Of a DNA stretch of 7,286 nt, positions 1 to 6,356 are shown piece by piece. How positions within the stretch are numbered: the first letter of the stretch is position 1; each line of letters opens with the position of its first letter. Under the pieces are notes generated by a model, which was not told the origin of the DNA, ran no database searches, and saw only the letters and a program-made list of their open reading frames with translations. The DNA comes from Octopus sinensis (Eukaryota). The translations under genes were made by a program, and so were the position numbers. The stretch covers positions 1-7,286 of the forward strand of contig NW_021828926.1 in NCBI RefSeq assembly GCF_006345805.1, given 5' to 3'.

Positions 1-11
1 TTATCATTATT

Positions 12-100
12 ATTAAGTACCAGTGAAACACTGGGGTCAATATAATTTGACTAGTCCCCTCTCCAAAAATTTCAGGTCTTAAGCCTATAGTAGAAAGGAT
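12..100 (+). mobile_element. 3' fragment of a tRNA-derived SINE (Nin-domain type, octopus-like), ending in an (ATT)n tail
   Basis: AAGTACCAGTGAAACACTGGGGTCAATATAATTTGACT resembles the Nin-domain/3' core of cephalopod SINEs (recognised from memory). The tail 56-93 aligns by eye with 786-820, which follows a tRNA-like head. It is followed directly by (ATT)n. Confidence 0.7.
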
Positions 101-108
101 CATTATTA

Positions 109-156
<48 letters not shown>

Positions 157-169
157 CATTATTATTATT
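101..169. repeat. (TTA)n microsatellite (SINE tail)
   Basis: Near-perfect trinucleotide run. Confidence 0.95.
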
Positions 170-346
170 TAGTGAGAGAGCAGTGCAGCCAACAAAGTGA
201 CACTGGGGTAAAATATACGAAACCCAGTATACCCATCATGACTACCCGTCTGATAAGGGTACATTAGGCACATGCATCACAACCATATGTGCCCGACATG
301 CTGATCTCATATCGAGATAAAACACCTTGCAGGTGGGGCCCAGTTA
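170..346 (-). mobile_element. Truncated copy of the unclassified ~555-bp element at 1267-1823
   Basis: Colinear and roughly 85-90% identical by eye to 1269-1450, with a small deletion near 322. Both ends are embedded in TTA repeats. Strand is inferred from the shared end abutting (TAA)n on the minus strand. Confidence 0.85.
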
Positions 347-361
347 TTTTATTATTATTAT

Positions 362-579
362 TCAGTAGTTTTATTTTTATAGCGTGCTTTCACTTCACTA
401 CCGAGCGCAGCTCTGTGTGCCTTGGGTATGTGCTGTGATTTGTTGTGATGCTCTGATGGTTATTGTATGGAAATTGTTCTGCGTAGGATGTGTGCAGTGC
501 CTAATAGTGCAATTTTCTGTATGTTATATGTGTTTGTAAGTCCTGGTGTTTTTGTTATGTATTTGTCTGAATATTTTTT
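362..579 (-). mobile_element. 5'-truncated R4/Dong-clade non-LTR retrotransposon: ORF C-terminus plus ~100-nt 3' UTR, inserted in (TAA)n
   Basis: Minus strand 579-460 reads KKYSDKYITKTPGLTNTYNIQKIALLGTAHILRRTISIQ*. The QKxxLLGTAxILR motif is the typical end of R4/Dong RLE ORFs. The 3' UTR ends ...AATAAAACTACTG then AATAATAAT, and the 5' junction is also in (TAA)n. Confidence 0.85.
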
Positions 580-685
580 ATTATTAATTATTATTATTAT
601 TATTAATTATTATTATTATTATTATATTATTATTCATCATCATATCATTATCATTATTATTATTATACTTATTATTATATTATTA

Positions 686-718
<33 letters not shown>
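578..718. repeat. Imperfect (TTA)n microsatellite
   Basis: TTA run with TCA/TA interruptions. Confidence 0.95.
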
Positions 719-820
719 GGCGGTGAGCTGGCAGAATCGTTAGCACGCTAGACAAAATGCTTATCAGCTTTTCATAGTCTTTACGCTCCCCACAAAATCT
801 AGGCCTTCTGCCTGTAGTAG
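719..820 (+). mobile_element. tRNA-derived SINE with internal deletion (head joined to tail)
   Basis: GGCGGTGAGCTGGCAGAATCGTTAGCAC head with A-box-like TGGCAGAATCG (729-739). No B box is visible. From 786 the sequence matches the SINE tail at 56-93. Confidence 0.75.
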
Positions 821-826
821 TAGTAT

Positions 827-873
<47 letters not shown>

Positions 874-904
874 ATAGTAGTAGTAGTAGTAGTAGTAGTA
901 GTAA

Positions 905-971
<67 letters not shown>
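815..971. repeat. (TAG)n microsatellite
   Basis: About 50 TAG units with rare TAT/TAA variants. Confidence 0.97.
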
Positions 972-1237
972 TTCTCTTTATCAGCTATCCAATACTGTCC
1001 AGACTATTTCTGGCCGTACCCAGGGGGAAACTATTTGTAACAGTTCTGCTGGGCACACTATTCCAACGTCCTTTATATTCCTCTTGATGCCTTCTGATAC
1101 ATTTCCCAAAGACCCAACAACAACTGACACTATCTTCACCTTCATTTTACAGAGCCGGGCTATTTCGTACCTAAGAGGGTTGTGTCCATCTATCTTTTTC
1201 CGCCTTCCTTCTAAACTATTCGTGAGTCAAAGGAGAT
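971..1237 (-). mobile_element. Second, different R4/Dong-clade LINE 3' fragment (RLE endonuclease C-terminus; frameshifted pseudogene)
   Basis: Minus strand with frameshifts: PFDSRIV.KE / KIDGHNPLRYEIARLCKMKVKIVSVVVGSLGNVSEGIKRNIKDVGIVCPAELLQIV / LGTAR / IVWTVLDS*, stop at 983-981. It matches the KExEKxxKYxxL...VVVGALG...LQK..LLGTARI pattern of the R4 clade. Confidence 0.85.
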
Positions 1238-1266
1238 ATTATCGTCATCATCATTGTTATTATTAC

Positions 1267-1823
1267 TGAGTGAGAGAACAGTGCATGCCATCAAAGTGAC
1301 ACTGGGGTGAAATATACAAAGCCCAGTATACCCATCATGTACCCATCTGATAAGGGTACACTAGGTACATGCATCACAACTATATATGCACGACATGGTG
1401 ATCTCATATCAAGATAAACAGCACATGACCTTGCAGGTGGGGCCCAGTTAGAATTTTCTTCTGGTCGAGTAGCCCATCCTGCTCAAAAGGTCCCTGAATA
1501 AGAATTGTTTAAGGATGTTGAACGAACCACCCATGTTTCCAAAGGTGAATTATACAAACCTCCAAGAATTCCTTTCAACACACGGCTATGATGCTCCCCC
1601 ACTACTTCTGCTCGTGATCAGAGATGCACATATTGTCAGCCACTGAGGGACATGTCCAACTGGTTAAGGTCAAACAACTGACAAGCAAATCTGTGGTATT
1701 GAGCAGAATATTTGCTTTAACCCATCTTTTATACCAAGACAAAACAATGTACATGATAATCAGTTAAGATCAGTTAAGATCAGAAGCCACGAGAGCCACT
1801 GCCTGGTACTGCATCAGGGCATT
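1267..1823 (-). mobile_element. Unclassified ~555-bp non-coding interspersed element flanked by (TTA)n on both sides
   Basis: A second partial copy lies at 170-346. Boundaries against microsatellite are sharp, with no credible ORF or TIRs. It contains several hairpins: ACTGGG/CCCAGT 1301-1327, GTACCC/GGGTAC 1339-1359, TGTCAG/CTGACA 1634-1683, GCAAAT/ATTTGC 1685-1715. Confidence 0.8.
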
Positions 1824-1850
1824 TATTATCATTATTATTATTATTATTAA

Positions 1851-1888
<38 letters not shown>

Positions 1889-1963
1889 ATTGTCGTCATC
1901 ATCGTCATCATCGTCGTCGTCGTCATCGTCGTTGTCGTCATTATCGACATCATTATTATTATT
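1822..1963. repeat. Compound (TTA)n-(TCG/TCA)n-(TTA)n microsatellite
   Basis: Direct reading. Confidence 0.93.
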
Positions 1964-2336
1964 ACATCCACTTTAGCGAAGACGGAGGTATTGTTTTTTC
2001 AGTCGTGTTTGTTTGTTTATTTTATCCGTGGACAAGATATCTCAAGAACCGTTGGATGGGCTCGGATGAAACTTTCAGGGTTGTTTGGCCACGTGACTGT
2101 CCAAAAACTGATTAGATTTTAGGATCGATTCAGTCCTGGATTATTTTTCCTGTTTTTTTGTTTTTTTTGTAAATTTAATTTTTGAGAGCGGTTGATGTTC
2201 ATTTTTAGTATTCTCATTTGTGAAAGCAGTCGAGTCTATGTCAGATATTCTCATTTTAAAAATTAATTTCTGGCTAATCTTTCAGAGGACGTTGATATTG
2301 CCTTGGCTGAGGTTTGCGCTCTCTGAGTACTCTTGT
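1960..2336 (+). mobile_element. Non-autonomous Helentron-associated element (HINE / DINE-1-like)
   Basis: Decayed 5' palindrome ACATCCACTTT-AGCG-AAGACGGAGGT (1964-1989), a (GTTT)n tract (2005-2022), the core GATATCTCAAGAACC...GATGAAACTTT...GATTAGATTTT, a 3' subterminal inverted repeat CCTTGGCTGAGGT (2301-2313), then a short stem-loop GCGCTC-TCT-GAGTAC (2316-2330) and TCTTGT. This is the diagnostic HINE layout. Confidence 0.75.
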
Positions 2337-2340
2337 CATT

Positions 2341-2379
<39 letters not shown>

Positions 2380-2509
2380 GTCATCATCATCATCGTCATC
2401 ATCATCATCGTCATCATCATCATCATCATCGTCGTCGTCGTCGTCGTCGTCGTCATCATCATCATCATCATCATCATCGTCGTCGTCGTCGTCGTCGTTG
2501 TCATCATCG

Positions 2510-2547
<38 letters not shown>

Positions 2548-2581
2548 GTCGTCGTCGTCGTCGTCGTCGTTGTCATCATCG

Positions 2582-2637
<56 letters not shown>

Positions 2638-2769
2638 GTCGTCGTCGTCGTTGTCATCATCGTCATCATCATCATTATCATCATCATCATCATCATCGTT
2701 ATCATCATCATCATCATCATCATCGTCGTCGTCGTCGTCGTCGTTGTCATCATTGTCATCATCATCATT

Positions 2770-2818
<49 letters not shown>

Positions 2819-2866
2819 ACATCATCATCGTCGTGGTCGTCGTTGTCATCATCGTCATCATTATTA
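2335..2866. repeat. Long compound (TCA)n/(TCG)n microsatellite with higher-order units
   Basis: About 530 bp, in phase throughout. The block (TCG)n-TTG-TCA-TCA-TCG/TTG-(TCA)n recurs five times. Confidence 0.97.
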
Positions 2867-2995
2867 CTATTGCTTCTGAGAGAGACATTGAAATGCCTTT
2901 AGCGGATAACGAACACACCATTCGTTAGAGTTCTGTACACCGAAAAATTACCAACGTACCCAATTAGTCTGAATGCACACAGGTATTACAGAAAC

Positions 2996-3443
2996 GTGTA
3001 CGTGTACATGTATATATGTGTATACATGTTTAGGTATGCATGCATGTATGTATGTATGTATGTATGTATGTACGTATGTGTGCATGTGTGAGTAAGTGTG
3101 TATGTGTGTGTACGTGTTCATGTGTATGTAGCTTTGAGTAACACAATCAGGAAAAGTCGTACACAAAACACAAGTGTGTGTGTATGGGTGTATGTGTGTG
3201 TGCATGTGTGTGTGTTATGTAAACATGCGTGCACATGTTTACAACATATATATACACGTAAACATTTAGTGATATATATATATATATATAATATATATAT
3301 ATACACGTATATATGTGTATATATATACATATACATATATATACACACACCACATACACACACACACCACACACACACAAACACACACACACACACACAC
3401 AACACACACACACAAACACACACACAAACACAAACACACACAC
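2996..3443. repeat. Degenerate (TATG)n/(TG)n/(TA)n/(CA)n microsatellite complex
   Basis: Alternating purine-pyrimidine tracts, TG-rich on the left and CA-rich on the right. Confidence 0.92.
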
Positions 3444-3660
3444 AATTAGAAATCAGTTGATTTAATTCGTTTCTAGTCAGTTTCGCGGGCGGGCGTGTGT
3501 TCGTTCAGGAAATTCTGTATTCTTTCGGCCGGCTTAATTGCTTTGCTGTTTCTAATTAGATTAGTCAACGTTGCATTTCATCCTGTTTTGATTCGCTAAA
3601 AACATCTACCAGTAATGTAATGGTGCCTATATTATCTTCTATTGATGTTACCTACTTATT

Positions 3661-3662
3661 AT

Positions 3663-3736
<74 letters not shown>

Positions 3737-3791
3737 ATATATATTTATATACATATATATATATACATACATATATATATATATATAATAA

Positions 3792-3831
<40 letters not shown>

Positions 3832-3858
3832 TATATACATATATTTATATATATATAT
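3661..3858. repeat. (TA)n microsatellite
   Basis: Direct reading. Confidence 0.97.
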
Positions 3859-4123
3859 TGTTTCACGTATTTCTGTATTTTTATTCGTGTACATCGTTCG
3901 TTTTCCGTCCTTGTGTTGTATATATTCGAAGCTTTCTTCCAAGGGATCTAATGCGCTTGGCTTAGATTTCCCCTTGGGGCTGCCCAGGTCGAAGCAATCT
4001 CAAGATTAATCAGCCGAAATTGCGAAGATGATCTGGTTCTTGACTGATGACTGAGGGCTTCGAATGTCCGTCCTGTGGTTCTTGTGTCGTCTCCTTGGTG
4101 TTTCACGTTCTTGTCCCAGTTTG
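3859..4123 (+). other. Discrete GC-richer block inside (TA)n with a multi-stem foldable core (3925-4064); probable non-autonomous mobile element or structured RNA
   Basis: Bounded by (TA)n on both sides. Closing stem TTCGAAGCTTTC (3925-3936)/GAGGGCTTCGAA (4053-4064) encloses two further stems. G-U pairs favour the + strand. Confidence 0.55.
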
Positions 4124-4182
4124 TATATATTTTTTACTTTTTACATATATATATATACATCCATATAATATATACATATATA

Positions 4183-4235
<53 letters not shown>

Positions 4236-4331
4236 CATATGATTTTGTTAACATCTTCGTTCGACTCCATTCTTTCATTTATTCATTTACATACACATAT
4301 ATATATATGTGTGTGTGTGTGTGTATGTATG

Positions 4332-4392
<61 letters not shown>
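4124..4392. repeat. (TA)n/(TG)n microsatellite complex with a short unique insert at ~4240-4290
   Basis: Direct reading. Confidence 0.92.
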
Positions 4393-4395
<3 letters not shown>

Positions 4396-4409
4396 TAGCC
4401 AGTGATTCT

Positions 4410-4458
4410 CTCACACTGAATACGGCTAACTACCTACCTAGAAACCAAGATTTGTGAG
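4410..4458 (+). ncRNA. Degenerate type I hammerhead ribozyme (first repeat unit)
   Basis: Stem I CTCACA/TGTGAG is perfect. Core CTGAATA (G8 mutated), stem II disrupted by a 4-nt duplication, GAAA at 4441-4444, stem III and cleavage triplet mutated (CCAAGATT). Confidence 0.65.
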
Positions 4459-4746
4459 TATTACGTTAGGCTAGATATGGGAGAGATGACGTCCTATGCA
4501 TATGCTATACGGGCACAAACTGTGTGTCGGTGGCCAACTGGAAAATATGTTTTCCTGAGGCTGAAAAACAATAACATCGTCCTTGTGTGGGACTATCACA
4601 TTATGTTGGCAAGTAAACTTTACTATTCGGTACTGTTACTGCGTTTCTCTCGCTCAGAGATTTAAAACAAATTGTTTTTCTCTTTACGAGACCAGCGACT
4701 GTGAGTCGCTTAAAAAATATATAGTATTTTTAAGTGGAGAGCGCTC

Positions 4747-4834
4747 CCATCACTAGCCGGTGATTGTCACACACTGAAGACGGGTAACTACCCAGAAACC
4801 TAGGTCTGTGAGTATCACGTAAGGCTAGAGATGG
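4747..4834 (+). ncRNA. Type I hammerhead ribozyme with short palindromic stem III
   Basis: CACA (4770-73), CTGAAGA (4774-80), C-GGGTA-AC-TACCC-A (stem II), GAAA (4795-98), C-CTAG-G, TC, then TGTG (4807-10). Predicted GUC cleavage after 4806. Stem I extends via GTGAT/ATCAC, CTAGCC/GGCTAG and CCATC/GATGG. Confidence 0.88.
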
Positions 4835-4985
4835 AAACGATGACCTTTCTTGCATACACTATACGGGCACAAACTGTTTGACTGTCTGTCAGTAGCCAAC
4901 TGGAAAAGATGTTTTCCTAGGGCTAAAAAGCAGTAACATCATCCTTGTATGAGACTGCCACATTATGTTGGCAAATAAACTTTAC

Positions 4986-5080
4986 TATATATATATATAC
5001 ACACACACACATCCATACATACATTCATGCATACATACGTGTGCGTGTGTGTGTCTGTGTGTGTGTATATATATGTATAT

Positions 5081-5123
<43 letters not shown>
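4986..5123. repeat. (TA)n/(CA)n/(TG)n microsatellite complex
   Basis: Direct reading. Confidence 0.93.
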
Positions 5124-5125
<2 letters not shown>

Positions 5126-5351
5126 TTTATAACTAGGGTTCAGCAAAGGTTTGTTTTACCACATACCGAAGTTTAGAAATAGCAGTCTATTAACCTTAGC
5201 TATTTCTTCTACTTTAAAAAGAGACTCCCAGAAAAACCAAAATACTTGAAAACAATCTACGCAGGCAGAGAGGAAAAATAACGAAAATCAATCCATATCT
5301 GGTTACCCATGTACGCGCGTTTCCCATGCTGATGAACGAAAATGGTTGGGT
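5124..5351 (-). mobile_element. Penelope pLTR-like non-coding fragment with a rearranged hammerhead
   Basis: Flanked by (TA)n. The minus strand has GAAACGCGCGTA-CATGGGT (5323-5305), the 3' half of a minimal hammerhead, and ends TATAAAG-(TA)n. There is a 9-bp hairpin AGAAATAGC/GCTATTTCT at 5175-5207. Confidence 0.6.
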
Positions 5352-5369
5352 ATATATATATATACATAC

Positions 5370-6089
5370 AGAAAAGCCTTACCAATCAGGTCTTACCCAC
5401 CAGAGCCAAACCCACATACGTGAGAAACGAGATTGAACGTATAAATAAATAATTGCAGCAACGTGACCGACAAAGCCATCAACACCAATCAGTTCCTCAG
5501 AGATCTAACCCTGAATGGCCACCCACCATCTTTAGCTAAACAACGGCGCCTAATGAACATCAAAGTCAGTAAACCCTGGAAGAACCATCATACTCCCAAG
5601 TCCGGCACGTGCTTCCTAAAGCTGCCACTCTTTGACAACAGAACTACTGCAGTGATACAACATGCAGTCCGCAGGGAAAGACTCGACATACAAATAGTGC
5701 ACACCGGTCCTTCCCTGAGAAAAGCTCTGTTGACGAACAACACCTCTCACTACTCCGAACCGTGCACATTATCGAACTGCCTCATCAATGCCCATGAATT
5801 GTGCCAGATGGCCCATGTTGTATATGATATCATCTGTGACAAATGTGGCACATCCTACATAGGAAGCACGACAAGAAAGCTGCACGTACGCATTAAGGAA
5901 CACGTGCAGGCAGACACTTCTGTGAAGAAACATCTGCGGAAATGCCAGACCCGGGAATTCACAGTGCACATCAAGGCAATACAGCGGAACAGGGGCAACC
6001 TTAGAATCTCTGAGGCCTTCCTTATACACCAAAAGAAACCTAAGATCAACAACTGAAGTGAGTTACAGGAAACTAATTGGTTGCTATAG
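5370..6089 (+). pseudogene. PLE polyprotein C-terminus: RT thumb, Cys-rich linker and GIY-YIG endonuclease
   Basis: ORF 5463-6056 has LTLNGHP (thumb NGYP motif), linker CTLSNC...C and VVYDIICDKCGTSYIGSTTRKLHVRIKEH...H...SEAFLIHQKKPKIN (GIY-YIG with conserved R, H, E, N). An upstream frame, LPTRAKPTYVRNEIERIN, joins NCSN via a 4-nt AAAT duplication near 5445. After TGA 6054-56 the frame continues SELQETNWLL* to 6089. Confidence 0.9.
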
Positions 6090-6148
6090 CAACACCTTTC
6101 TGCGCATGTCCATTCCATACACGCTCACACACACGCACATCGCAACAT

Positions 6149-6194
6149 TTATTTTCTTGAAAATAGGGTCATAACCCTGAAATATTGAATATAA
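6149..6194 (+). ncRNA. Degenerate minimal hammerhead in the PLE 3' pLTR
   Basis: TTATTTTC/GAATATAA stem I (7 of 8 pairs), TTGAAAAT (two transitions from CTGAAGAT), perfect stem II AGGGT-CATA-ACCCT, then GAAA-TA-TT. Confidence 0.6.
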
Positions 6195-6282
6195 GTCTAC
6201 ATTAATTCATATATTTCTTTTCTTGTGATTTACAATTTACTAACTTCGCATTGTTTTGGCCTTATCCACGATCCTTTATACA

Positions 6283-6288
6283 ATATAT

Positions 6289-6352
<64 letters not shown>
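6283..6352. repeat. (TA)n microsatellite
   Basis: Direct reading. Confidence 0.97.

Positions 6353-6356
<4 letters not shown>

Larger units (their letters stand above)
4391..4988 (+). mobile_element. Partial tandem (about 1.7 units of ~354-358 bp) hammerhead-containing repeat: non-LTR retrozyme / Penelope pLTR-like
   Basis: 4391-4626 and 4749-4988 are direct repeats, about 80-85% identical by eye, separated by 122 bp. Each carries a hammerhead motif. The second ends AATAAA (4974-4979)-CTTTAC-(TA)n. Flanked by (TA)n. Confidence 0.82.
5370..6282 (+). mobile_element. 5'-truncated Penelope-like retroelement (PLE) embedded in (TA)n
   Basis: Coding remnant 5370-6089 plus ~190-nt 3' region with a degenerate hammerhead. 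(TA)n on both sides. Confidence 0.88.

Noticed and set aside
467-1269. Plus-strand ORFs 467-718 and 1084-1269
   Set aside because: They are antisense to R4/Dong remnants and run into microsatellite.
1347-1360. CTGATAA as a hammerhead core, and minus-strand GGCTCTCGTGGC (~1786-1797) as an HDV-like L3
   Set aside because: There is no downstream GAAA/stem III, and P3/P1 pairings for an HDV fold do not form.
2907-2927. Hairpin TAACGAA-CACACCA-TTCGTTA
   Set aside because: An isolated 7-bp AT-rich stem, compatible with chance.
2220-2928. Long overlapping ORFs encoding poly-His/Arg, poly-Ser, poly-Ile/Val and poly-Met/Thr
   Set aside because: They are stop-free readings of the (TCA/TCG)n array, and their starts lie in a transposon; there is no coding evidence.
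4044-4064. CTGATGA...CGAA as a hammerhead, and CTCAAGA...GAAA at 3999-4019
   Set aside because: No consistent stem I/II/III plus UH arrangement could be built around either.
4391-4988. LTR retrotransposon/TRIM or CRISPR interpretation of the direct repeats
   Set aside because: No TG...CA termini, PBS or TSD; the repeats are ~236 bp with hammerheads; the context is eukaryotic.
2948-5136. ORFs rich in YI/CV/HT dipeptides, and ORF 4477-4665
   Set aside because: They are translations of dinucleotide repeats or chance ORFs; 4477-4665 is not preserved in the second repeat copy.
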